From an uncultured Chromatiaceae bacterium (GTDB lineage Bacteria > Pseudomonadota > Gammaproteobacteria > Chromatiales > Chromatiaceae): DNA of 38,953 bases. Below the pieces are notes generated by a model. The model was not told the DNA's origin. It worked only from the letters and a program-made list of their open reading frames with translations, and did no database searches. Both the position numbers and the translations under genes were made by a program. Where the stretch lies: positions 1 through 38,953 of the forward strand of contig CAZFHV010000003.1 of NCBI GenBank assembly GCA_964519095.1. The letters run 5' to 3'. Each line of letters starts with the position of its first letter. The stretch's first letter is position 1. This document shows, one piece after another, positions 27,873 through 36,530 of this stretch.

Positions 27873-30565
27873 GCGACCAGGCCTGGATCGACGGGATCCC
27901 CTATCCCCTGGCGGAGGGCGAGACCCTCTACGACTTCGTGACCCGCCATCGCGGCCGGGACAGCATCCCCGTGCTCTGCCATGAGGCGGCCCTCCAGCCC
28001 TTCGGCGCCTGTCGGCTGTGCAGCGTCGAGGTCGCCCAGACGGCGGATGGGCCGCGCCGCATGGTCGCCTCCTGCCATTCCCCCGCGAGCCCGGGACAAC
28101 ACATCCACACCGACAGCCCGCGGGTGCGGCGACTGCGCCGGACCCTGCTGGAGCTGGTTCTGAGCGGCTACCCGGAGGCCGAGCAGGCGCCCCCGCCGGG
28201 GCTCCACCCCACGGAATTCCAGGCCCTGCTGGCGCGCTACGGCGTCACCGGCTCCCGCTTCGGCCGTCACGCCCTCGCCACCCCAGTGGATCGCAGCCAC
28301 CCATACCTCCGTTTCGACCCGGTCCAGTGCATCCACTGCCATCGCTGCATCCGCGCCTGCGACGAGGTGCAGGGCAGCCTGGTGCTCGCCATGCACGGCC
28401 GCGGCCACCAGAGCCGGGTGATCCGCTCCCTGGATCAGGACTTCGCGAGCTCCGATTGCGTCGCCTGCGGGCGCTGCGTCCAGAGCTGCCCCACCAACGC
28501 GCTCAGCGACCGCTACCAGGCCAAGACCCTGATCGCGGAGCGGACGGTGCGCACCACCTGTACCTACTGCGGGGTGGGCTGCAACCTGGAGGTGCTGGTG
28601 AAGTTCGGCGAGATCCGCGCCATCCGCGGCGCGGAGGGTGCGGTGAATCAGGGTCACACCTGTGTCAAGGGCCGCTACGCCTTCGAGTACTACCGCCACC
28701 CCGAGCGGCTGCGCACCCCTCTGATCCGCGAAAACGGGGCGCTGCGCGAGGCGAGCTGGGAGGAGTCCCTGGACCTGATCGCCCGCCGCTTCCGCGAGAT
28801 CCGCGCCGCCCAGGGCCCCGACGCCATCGCCGGCATCTCCTCGGCCCGCTGCACCAACGAGGAGAACTACCTGATGCAGAAGCTGATGCGGGCGGTGGTG
28901 GGCACCAACAACATCGACGGCTGCGCCCGGGTCTGCCACGCCCCCACGGCCTTCGGGATGCAGCAGACCTTCGGCACCGGCGCCGCCACCAACTCCATCG
29001 ACGAGATCCCCCTCGCGGACTGCCTGCTGGTCATCGGCGCCAACCCCAACGAGGCCCACCCGGTCACCGGCTCCAAGATCAAGCAGCGGGCCATGCAGGG
29101 GGTGCCGCTGATCCTGATCGACCCGCGCGCCATCGAGCTGGCCCCCTACGCCGCGGTCCATCTGCAACCAAGGCCCGGCACCAACCTGGCCCTGCTCAAC
29201 CTCTTCGCGCGGGAGCTGATCGAGCTGGGGCTGGTGAACCAGGACTTCATCGCCCGGCGTACCGAGGGGTTCGAGGACTTCCGCGCGGCGCTGCTCGCGG
29301 AGGACCCCGATCAGCTCGCCGCGATCTGCGGCTGCGATCGGGCCGCGGTGCGGGAGGCGGCGCGGCTCTACAGCGGTGCCCAGCGCGCCATGGCCTTCCA
29401 CGGCCTGGGGGTGACCGAGCACTACCAGGGCAGCAAGGCGGTCATGCTGCTCACGGCCCTCGCCCTGATGACCGGCCAGGTGGGCCGGCCCGGCACCGGC
29501 ATCAACCCCCTGCGGGGCCAGAACAACGTCCAGGGCGCCGCCGACATGGGGGTCCAGCCCCACCAGGGGGCCGGTTACCTCGACGTGCGCGACCCCGAGG
29601 TGCGCGCCCACTACGCCCGCGTCTACGGCCGCGAGGTCCCTGGCGAGGTGGGGCTGCGCATCCCGGAGATGTTCGCCGCCGCCCGGGCGGGGAGGCTCAA
29701 GGCCCTGTGGGTGATGGGCGAGGACCTGTTGCAGACCGATCCCAACTCCTGCGAGGTCCGCTACTCCCTCTCGCTCCTGGACTTCCTGGTGGTGCAGGAG
29801 CTGTTCATGACCGAGACCGCGGCCATCGCCGATGTGGTCCTGCCCGCCTCGTCCCACTTCGAGAAGTCCGGCACCTTCACCAACGGCGAGCGGCGCATCC
29901 AGCGCGTCAACCGCGTCATCCAGCCCCTGGAAGGCACGATGCCGGACGGCCAGATCCTGGTCGAGGTGATGCGCCGCCTCGGCTACCCCCAGCCGGACTA
30001 CGACCCGGCGGCGCTCCTGGAGGAGATCGCCCAGGCGGTGCCCTTCTTCGCCGGGGTGCGCTGGGATCGACTGGGCGAGGCCGGCCTCCAGTGGCCGGTG
30101 CTGCCTGATGGCACCGACACCCAGATCCTCCACCGCGACCAGTTCAAGCGCGGCAGGGGGCGGTTCCTGCACTTCCCCTTCGTGGAGACCCCGGAGCTGG
30201 CGGACGGGCACCCCGACTACCCTTACATCCTCACCACTGGTCGGGTGCTCGCCCACTACAACTGCGGCACGATGACCCGGCGCACCCCCAACCGTGAGCT
30301 GGTGGACCGGGACCTGCTGCTGATCCACCCCGAGGACGCCGCCGCCCAGGGCATCGCCGATGGGGACCGGGTGGAGGTGCGCTCGCGGCGCGGCGCCACG
30401 CGCCTGAGCGCCCACCTCAGCGAGCAGGTGCGGCCGGGGGTGCTCTTCACCACCTTCCACTTCCCGGAGGTGGCCATCAACCACCTCACCAGCGGCATCT
30501 TCGACCAGGACAGCATGACCCCCGAGTACAAAGTGGTGGCGGTGGACATCGCGCGTGTGGGTTGA
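27869..30565 (+). CDS. Formate dehydrogenase alpha subunit, Mo/W-bis-PGD enzyme with NuoG-like N-terminus (Fdh1A/FdsA-like), Cys-type
   Basis: 898 aa. N-terminal 2Fe-2S/4Fe-4S motifs (CRLCSVEV, CIHCHRCIRACDE, CVACGRCVQSCP, CTYCGVGC). Active-site TNNIDGCARVCHAP with Cys (TGC 28934-28936) at the Sec/Cys ligand position. C-terminal beta-barrel domain (ILTTGRVLAHY..., GDRVEVRSRRG). Confidence 0.92.
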   Translation: MSDQAWIDGIPYPLAEGETLYDFVTRHRGRDSIPVLCHEAALQPFGACRLCSVEVAQTADGPRRMVASCHSPASPGQHIHTDSPRVRRLRRTLLELVLSGYPEAEQAPPPGLHPTEFQALLARYGVTGSRFGRHALATPVDRSHPYLRFDPVQCIHCHRCIRACDEVQGSLVLAMHGRGHQSRVIRSLDQDFASSDCVACGRCVQSCPTNALSDRYQAKTLIAERTVRTTCTYCGVGCNLEVLVKFGEIRAIRGAEGAVNQGHTCVKGRYAFEYYRHPERLRTPLIRENGALREASWEESLDLIARRFREIRAAQGPDAIAGISSARCTNEENYLMQKLMRAVVGTNNIDGCARVCHAPTAFGMQQTFGTGAATNSIDEIPLADCLLVIGANPNEAHPVTGSKIKQRAMQGVPLILIDPRAIELAPYAAVHLQPRPGTNLALLNLFARELIELGLVNQDFIARRTEGFEDFRAALLAEDPDQLAAICGCDRAAVREAARLYSGAQRAMAFHGLGVTEHYQGSKAVMLLTALALMTGQVGRPGTGINPLRGQNNVQGAADMGVQPHQGAGYLDVRDPEVRAHYARVYGREVPGEVGLRIPEMFAAARAGRLKALWVMGEDLLQTDPNSCEVRYSLSLLDFLVVQELFMTETAAIADVVLPASSHFEKSGTFTNGERRIQRVNRVIQPLEGTMPDGQILVEVMRRLGYPQPDYDPAALLEEIAQAVPFFAGVRWDRLGEAGLQWPVLPDGTDTQILHRDQFKRGRGRFLHFPFVETPELADGHPDYPYILTTGRVLAHYNCGTMTRRTPNRELVDRDLLLIHPEDAAAQGIADGDRVEVRSRRGATRLSAHLSEQVRPGVLFTTFHFPEVAINHLTSGIFDQDSMTPEYKVVAVDIARVG

Positions 30566-30724
30566 GGCGCGACCGGCTCTTACGAAAGGGTCGGGCTCCT
30601 TGGACAACTTGCGTCCCACCGCAAGCGGCAGGGGTTGACCTCCGACCGGGATCTGCTAAGCGAGGTAGGGTACGCATCGCGTAGCTTTCCTAGAACCTGT
30701 GGTCCACCGGCGAGCTCTGGAAAG

Positions 30725-30741
30725 GGTATGCGGTGCATACC
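30725..30741 (-). terminator. Short hairpin at the convergent junction between the formate dehydrogenase alpha gene and the GT9 gene
   Basis: GGTATGC-GGT-GCATACC (7-bp stem, 3-nt loop), 8 nt after the heptosyltransferase stop on the minus strand, followed by CTTTCC. The U-tract is weak. Confidence 0.3.
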
Positions 30742-30748
30742 TACGGGG

Positions 30749-31948
30749 CTACCGGGCTTTCATGCCCTCCAGCCGGTCGGTGGCGGCCTCCAGGACCTCG
30801 TCCACGCCGAGGTTGTGCCAGCAGCGGCGGTCCAGGGGACAGCGCTGGCGGTAACAGGGACTGCAGGGGGCGGGTCGGAACAGGGGCGTGGCAACCTCGC
30901 TGAGGGGGCCCGTGTGGGCGGGGTCGGTCGATCCAAAGAGGGCGACCTGGGGCACCCCCAGGGCGGCGGCCAGGTGCATGGGTCCCGAGTCCGCTGCCAG
31001 GAGCAGCCGACAGCGGGCGATGAGGCCGAGGGTGCGCCCGAGATCGGCCTCGCCGCTGAGCACGACCCCTTCGGTCCGCATGGCCCCCCGGACCTCCTCG
31101 GCAAGCACACCATCCGGCCCCCACCCCAGGATGAGGGTGCGAAGGCCCAGCCGCCCTGCGAGGCCGTCGGCCACCGCGGCGTAGCGCTCGGGCAGCCAGT
31201 TGCGGGCGGTCTCTTCCTGGGTGCCGGGGTCGATGAGCAGAAAGGTCTCTTTGGCGCCGATACCAGCGGCCCGGAGCAGGGCATGGGCCGCGGCCGCATC
31301 CACCGCGGCAGTGGGCAGACGCGCCCCTTCCCAGAGGTCCCCTTGGGGCTCGTTCGGCGGAACCAGGCCGCTGCGCCAGAGAAGCTGCAAATACCGGTAG
31401 GCCTGATGTCGGGAACCCTGCGGCGCCTCCCGGGGCCAGAGTCGCCGCAGCAGGGGGTGCAGCCGCATGCCGGGTTGGACAGGCCGCCAGGGGACCCCCT
31501 GGGTGAGAAGTGGTCCCCGCCCGCGCACGGCGTAGCCGACCCGCACGGGGATCCCCGCCAGATAGAGCAGCAGTGCCGCGTCGAATCCCTGTTGCAACAG
31601 GACGGCGACGTCAAAGGCCCGTTCCCGCAGGCTGCGGGCGAGGGGCAAAAGGGCGGCGGCGCGCAGACGCGGCCCCAGGTGGGGGGTGACCCAGGTATCC
31701 GGAAGCACCATGACCTCGTCCGCCAGCTCCCGGCCGGCGAAGAGTCGGGCGGTCCAGCCGCGTGTCAGGATCCCGATCCGGGCCCCTGGGTGCCGATGGC
31801 GCAGGGCCCTCAGGGCCGGAAGGGCCATGACGCAGTCGCCGATCCAGTTGGGGACCCGCACCAGGATCCGGCCGGGGGAGGCTGGCTGGCTCCCCGTGCA
31901 GCGGGCGGCATCGAGGGTGTCGCCGGAGACTGAATCGGCCGTCGTCAC
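30749..31948 (-). CDS. Glycosyltransferase family 9 (ADP-heptose:LPS heptosyltransferase-like)
   Basis: ILVRVPNWIGDCVMALPALRAL N-terminal motif and LLAADSGPMHLAAALGVPQVALFGSTDP C-terminal motif typical of WaaC/WaaF-type GT9 enzymes. Confidence 0.85.
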   Translation of the reverse strand: MTTADSVSGDTLDAARCTGSQPASPGRILVRVPNWIGDCVMALPALRALRHRHPGARIGILTRGWTARLFAGRELADEVMVLPDTWVTPHLGPRLRAAALLPLARSLRERAFDVAVLLQQGFDAALLLYLAGIPVRVGYAVRGRGPLLTQGVPWRPVQPGMRLHPLLRRLWPREAPQGSRHQAYRYLQLLWRSGLVPPNEPQGDLWEGARLPTAAVDAAAAHALLRAAGIGAKETFLLIDPGTQEETARNWLPERYAAVADGLAGRLGLRTLILGWGPDGVLAEEVRGAMRTEGVVLSGEADLGRTLGLIARCRLLLAADSGPMHLAAALGVPQVALFGSTDPAHTGPLSEVATPLFRPAPCSPCYRQRCPLDRRCWHNLGVDEVLEAATDRLEGMKAR

Positions 31949-32050
31949 GGAGTAGGAGCGCGACTGGCCCCAACAAGGGGTCCCCGTTGGCGCCCTGCAG
32001 AGATCCTCGGGGAAAGGCCCGCCGGGAACCAGGGGGGAGCCCCCATCGGG

Positions 32051-33409
32051 TCAGAACGTCACGGCGACCTGGGCGCCGAGGACAGCGGTCCCCGGCGACG
32101 GGTAACCGTTCACCCGGAGAAGATACTGCGCATCGATCAGGAAGTTGACCGCCCCATTGAGGCTGTACTGATAAGCAAGCTCCAGGGCCAGAGCGTCCCG
32201 GGCGGGGGGCTGATACTGGTTGCTGGGCCTGCCGTAGTAACAGGCGATCGAGGCGACATCGTTGGGCCGACTGGGCAGGGGTCCCTGGTAGCTGGCCCCG
32301 CCGGCGGCGAAGGACGGCAGCGGGTTGATCGCTTGCTTGCCGCTGTAGCTGACCGTGCCCCATAGGGTGAGGCCTTGGGCGCTGCCTTTCCCGGCCCAGC
32401 CGCTGATCTGCTGCTGTCCCATCAGGTAGACACCCCAGTTGCCACGCTCGGTCTCCGCGGTCTCCGCGATGTTTGGAAAGCTGTTGCCGTCCCAGAAGGC
32501 GCCCAGGCTGTATTGGCCCGGCAGGCCCCTATCCTGCGGCCCCTGATTGCGGAGCCAGTTGAGCTGCGCCATCGTGAGAGCACCGCGGTTGCCGGACCGC
32601 CAGTGCCAGTCGAGGCCGTGGTCCTTGCCCGCGGCCGAGCTGGGGCTGTTGTTGTAGACGCCGACGGCCCCCTGCCACCGGGGTGAAAAGGAGTAGAGTG
32701 CCTGCACGCCCCACTCGTAGCCGGGCGGTGGCGGCGTGAAGGGTGGTTCGTTCAGCTCGAGGGCGCGGGGGTTCCCGTTGATGGCGGCGCTGCTGTAATT
32801 GGCGAAGACGGGGAGGGTCGCGAGGGTCGCCCCCGGTCCGAGCCGGCCCGCGGCGATCGACAGATCACCCTCGGCGAACTTCTGCTCCAGGTAGAGTTGA
32901 CCCAACCAGAACCCGTTGCCGACGAGCTCGGCACTCGCGGGGAAGAGGTTGGTGAAGACGACTGAATCGACGTTCGACGCCTGCGTCCACCAGAGGTCGA
33001 GGTAGGCGGACAGCCCCTCCAGGGCCCCGAGCTTCCCGATGTCCAGATTCACCGCGGCGTGCAGCCCCCCGCCATAGCTGCCCTCGCGGGGGGGATTGCT
33101 GCTGTTTCCAAAGTAGGCGCCGGTGTAGCTGATGGTGGGGGTAATGCCCAGCCCCGCGAGCTCCTGGCGCAGGTGGTTCCAATCCCCAAAGAGGGTGCGC
33201 TCGAAGTCCGGCTCGAGGCCGTGGCACTCGAAGTGGCGGTGGTTGGGGTCCTGCGGTCGGGGGCAGCGTAGAGCCAAGCCAGCGGTGCCCCTGACCCTGT
33301 CCACCTCAGGCTCTTCCGCCCAAGCGGTCCCGGCTGGGAGGGCGAGCAAGAGGACTATGGCCGGCAGCGCCTGACCGGCGCCGGCCGTCGCTTCGCCCCA
33401 CGGAGCCAC
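32051..33409 (-). CDS. OprB-family carbohydrate-selective porin
   Basis: Signal peptide ending AWA. LFGDWNHLRQELAGLGITPTISYTG, alternating beta-strand pattern, C-terminal aromatic residue (...VAVTF*). GTG start. Confidence 0.75.
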   Translation of the reverse strand: MAPWGEATAGAGQALPAIVLLLALPAGTAWAEEPEVDRVRGTAGLALRCPRPQDPNHRHFECHGLEPDFERTLFGDWNHLRQELAGLGITPTISYTGAYFGNSSNPPREGSYGGGLHAAVNLDIGKLGALEGLSAYLDLWWTQASNVDSVVFTNLFPASAELVGNGFWLGQLYLEQKFAEGDLSIAAGRLGPGATLATLPVFANYSSAAINGNPRALELNEPPFTPPPPGYEWGVQALYSFSPRWQGAVGVYNNSPSSAAGKDHGLDWHWRSGNRGALTMAQLNWLRNQGPQDRGLPGQYSLGAFWDGNSFPNIAETAETERGNWGVYLMGQQQISGWAGKGSAQGLTLWGTVSYSGKQAINPLPSFAAGGASYQGPLPSRPNDVASIACYYGRPSNQYQPPARDALALELAYQYSLNGAVNFLIDAQYLLRVNGYPSPGTAVLGAQVAVTF

Positions 33410-33469
33410 AGCCTGATCCTGCGTCTAGCCCGAGGGGAGGGGAGGGCGCCTCGTACCGCCCCCGCAGGC

Positions 33470-34528
33470 TCAGCGCGACACGAGCACAAACCCCCAGGTG
33501 CCCAGGAGGTAGATGATCAGTGCCCCCCAGGAGTCAGCGCCCAGCCCCCCATAACGCCTGGGTTTGCGCAGCAGGATGCCCGCCACGTACAAGGCCGTCA
33601 TCACCAGCCCAATCATCCCGATCCAGGCATTGGCATGTCCCTCGTGGGGCAGGACCGGCTGTTTGGCCAGCAGGTCGGCGATCACAAAGAGGATGAGCTG
33701 AAACGCGTTGCCGCCGAAGATGTCGCCGAAGACCAGGGTGTAGCGCTTCAGTTGCACCCCGGTGATGGCGGTGCTGATCTCCGGCAGGGCCGACGCCAGT
33801 GCCAGCACCGTGGCGCCGAACAGTACGCCGTTGATGCCCAGCTTGTCGGCCAGAGCATCGCCACTCTGCTCGAGCACCACCCCCGCCACCAGGGTGACCA
33901 GGGATGTCGCCAGGAAGATGGTCAGGTTCTTGGCGGTGCTTGCGTTCCCTAAGTCGTCACCCGCATCCGGCCTGTCGCCGGCTGGGGCCGCGGACGGGAT
34001 CGCGACGTCGGAGGCTACCACCAGGTCCATGTCCTTGCGGTCCCGGCAGCGTCCCAGCGCCAACATGCCCCCCAGCCAGACGACGAAGATGGCGATGCTT
34101 CCCACCCCCAAGGGACCGACCGCCGCGGTGCTGGGTAACAGGCCGCTCATCACGGTGATACCGACCACGGCGATGACCAGCACCCCTTCCAGGGCGGGTA
34201 CCAGCGAGGCGGAAGCGGTGGAAATCGGCAGTGAGCCGCGCATGAAACGGTCGGCAATCACCAGCACCAGGGTCTGGACCGCTACCCCACCGATCAGGTT
34301 GCCAGCAGCTATATCCAGATGGCCGCTCGTGGCAGCGGAGATGGTGATTGCCAGCTCCGGAAGGCTACCGGTGATCGACAGCAGGACCATGCCGCCGATG
34401 GTCTCGCCAAGGCCAAAGCGATCGTCGATCACATCCGTGGCCTTCGCCAGCCATACCCCGGCGATCCAGGTCGCGATAGCCCCACCGCAAAAAAGCGCCA
34501 ATAGTGCAGGGACTCCTAGACCGGTCAT
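33470..34528 (-). CDS. CaCA-family cation/Ca2+ exchanger (YrbG-like)
   Basis: 352 aa, about 10 TM. Two alpha-repeat motifs (GGMVLLSITGSLPELAITI and GATVLALASALPEISTAI). Confidence 0.85.
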   Translation of the reverse strand: MTGLGVPALLALFCGGAIATWIAGVWLAKATDVIDDRFGLGETIGGMVLLSITGSLPELAITISAATSGHLDIAAGNLIGGVAVQTLVLVIADRFMRGSLPISTASASLVPALEGVLVIAVVGITVMSGLLPSTAAVGPLGVGSIAIFVVWLGGMLALGRCRDRKDMDLVVASDVAIPSAAPAGDRPDAGDDLGNASTAKNLTIFLATSLVTLVAGVVLEQSGDALADKLGINGVLFGATVLALASALPEISTAITGVQLKRYTLVFGDIFGGNAFQLILFVIADLLAKQPVLPHEGHANAWIGMIGLVMTALYVAGILLRKPRRYGGLGADSWGALIIYLLGTWGFVLVSR

Positions 34529-34536
34529 GATGTTCT

Positions 34537-34578
34537 CCCAAAGGCAATGGTGGTTGGTGTGATGTTCGTCCCTTTGGG
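34537..34578 (-). promoter_or_regulatory. Leader stem overlapping the presumptive SD of the CaCA gene
   Basis: CCCAAAGG (34537-34544) and CCTTTGGG (34571-34578) are exact complements with a 26-nt loop. On the mRNA the 3' arm runs into GGGAGAA, 8 nt before the AUG. Confidence 0.3.
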
Positions 34579-34678
34579 TCTATCGGGGGGGCGGTTCAGT
34601 TGACGCGCAAGACCCGCTCGATGCTCTCCCTTGACACACAGTATCAGTCAGGCTCGTTTCCAAGGATCCGCTGGGCCT

Positions 34679-35389
34679 TCAGTGTGCGCACACTCTCCCC
34701 GGGTATCCCGGCAATGAGGACGCCCCCGGGAGACAGGCAAGGTGTCGCGCTTCGTCCAGACGCTGGCGGAGGCTTTCCGCCGTCACCTCGGCCCAGCCGA
34801 GTTGATCGCCAAAATACTTGGCCCACGCGAATTCAATGAAATACACCTGTGTGGGCTTGTCGAAAAAGTGCTCATTCTCAGCAAACCCGGCGAGGGACCG
34901 GTAGGGGTAGTCTGGCAGATCCTTGACCTCGGGTGGCAGGTCGGCCGGGTCGCGTGGATTACCCCGCTCATCGAACAGCCATGCCCAGTGTGCCTGGCGC
35001 ATGCTGTCCCAGAAGTGATCGGACTGCTCAACCCGCCCCACGACGTGCACCGGCATGCGCCTTTCACCCATGTCCCACAAGGCTCGCGTCAAGTGATGGC
35101 GATCAACCAGCCAGAATCGACCCTCAGGGCCGATAACGACGGCGATCCGCTTTTTCGATACCTGGTGCCTCCGAGCCTCCGGGGTCAGCTTCTCAAGTGC
35201 CTCCCTCTCCGCAGCGACCTCCAGCAGCCCCACCCCAAACTGGGTCGGGCGGAGACTGGAGAGTTCGGCTTCGCAGATATCCCCTGTGGCCTGGCTCGCG
35301 GTGCAGGGAGTAATCCATGGATCGGCCCCAACCCTGCTGGCCAGCACAGAGGCGAGAAGGACCAGTGCAACCCGTATGGGACTACTCAT
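34679..35389 (-). CDS. Exported ParB-like (ParBc_2 / sulfiredoxin-fold, putative nuclease) protein
   Basis: Signal peptide MSSPIRVALVLLASVLASRVGA. The LRPTQFGVG motif is characteristic of ParB/Srx-fold proteins. Several Cys residues, consistent with a periplasmic location. 236 aa. Confidence 0.65.
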   Translation of the reverse strand: MSSPIRVALVLLASVLASRVGADPWITPCTASQATGDICEAELSSLRPTQFGVGLLEVAAEREALEKLTPEARRHQVSKKRIAVVIGPEGRFWLVDRHHLTRALWDMGERRMPVHVVGRVEQSDHFWDSMRQAHWAWLFDERGNPRDPADLPPEVKDLPDYPYRSLAGFAENEHFFDKPTQVYFIEFAWAKYFGDQLGWAEVTAESLRQRLDEARHLACLPGASSLPGYPGRVCAH

Positions 35390-35518
35390 AGCGGTATCCC
35401 AATGGAACGTGCCTCGCCAGTCGCTGCCGCAACACAGGGGGTCTGACGCTCTGATTCATCTGCTCCTAGACCGTTGGCCGAAAGGGGTAGGGTTTCCATG
35501 AAGCCGCACCCAAAGGCC

Positions 35519-36517
35519 TCAAGCGCCCTTATGGGGATAGAGAGCGAGCTCCTGAGCTACATTCGGGTCCTGCTCCGCCAATTCTGCGAGTAACCCTTCG
35601 TCGGAGAGGTCGAGCGGCCGGGAATGCTCCCAGTCGTGATTCACCACCTGGTGTAGTCGCTTGGCGACATGCTCGTCGTGGACCTCTATGGCGAGCTCTC
35701 GCCGGCTGTCGAAGCTACCCGGAGCGAGGTTGATGGAACCGATGACTACCCGGCGGTGGTCTGCGAACATCATCTTGGCGTGGAGTTTGAGTCCCACGAG
35801 CTTGTGCACCTTGGCCCCCAGGTCATGGAGGATGCGCAGGCCCTCGACCCCTTCGACCAATTTGCCCGCCTTGAGGGTATGGACCGGGCGCGCCAGGATG
35901 TGGAGCTTCACACCGCGACGGACGGCACGCACCAGCCGCTCGATGATGACCTCGTCCTGGTAGCGCTCGTTCTGCAGGAACAGCGACTCCTCCGCCTGGT
36001 CGATGAAGCGAGCCACTCGGTTGCGGCCGTTGATGTTGCACCAGATCAGGTGGGAATCCTCGCCGGGCTCGAAGGGCACCCGGTCCCAGTCCGCATCGAA
36101 GCACTGGGCCACCTCTTCCACCTCGTGTCGGTGGGATGTCACCACCGCGTAGTCCCGTGTCTCGGTGAAGTTCCTGGTCTCCCAGTTCAGGGAGTGAATG
36201 AAGGCCGTCTCATCGTCCACCACCATGGACTTCTCGTGGGTGACGTCAATCGCGGGATTGGTGTCGGCCACCGCCACACCCGCGTCCGTCAGCAGGGCGC
36301 GGGTCTCCTCGTTCTCGGGCTCGCCGCTGCGGCGTGCCGGATTGAGCATCACTCGGACCGCGACACCGCGTCGATGGGCGGCAACCATCGCTTCGAGCAG
36401 GTCGGGCTCGGAGAACAGAAACATCTTGATCCGGAGCGACTTCGCGGCACCCATCACCGCGTCCAAGATGGGTTTGGACGTGTCGTCGGGCATGACAAGC
36501 AGGGAGCGGGAAGACAT
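35519..36517 (-). CDS. Phospholipase D superfamily protein with two HKD motifs
   Basis: 332 aa from ATG 36517 (SD GAAGGAGA). HKD motif 1 THEKSMVVDD, HKD motif 2 LHAKMMFADH...GSINL. Starts 13 nt after the ABC exporter stop. Confidence 0.85.
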   Translation of the reverse strand: MSSRSLLVMPDDTSKPILDAVMGAAKSLRIKMFLFSEPDLLEAMVAAHRRGVAVRVMLNPARRSGEPENEETRALLTDAGVAVADTNPAIDVTHEKSMVVDDETAFIHSLNWETRNFTETRDYAVVTSHRHEVEEVAQCFDADWDRVPFEPGEDSHLIWCNINGRNRVARFIDQAEESLFLQNERYQDEVIIERLVRAVRRGVKLHILARPVHTLKAGKLVEGVEGLRILHDLGAKVHKLVGLKLHAKMMFADHRRVVIGSINLAPGSFDSRRELAIEVHDEHVAKRLHQVVNHDWEHSRPLDLSDEGLLAELAEQDPNVAQELALYPHKGA

Positions 36518-36530
36518 GCGATCTCCTTCG

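Noticed and set aside
28922-28939. Selenocysteine in the formate dehydrogenase alpha subunit
   Set aside because: The ligand codon is TGC (Cys) in CARVCH. There is no in-frame TGA anywhere in 27869-30562, so no SECIS element is needed.
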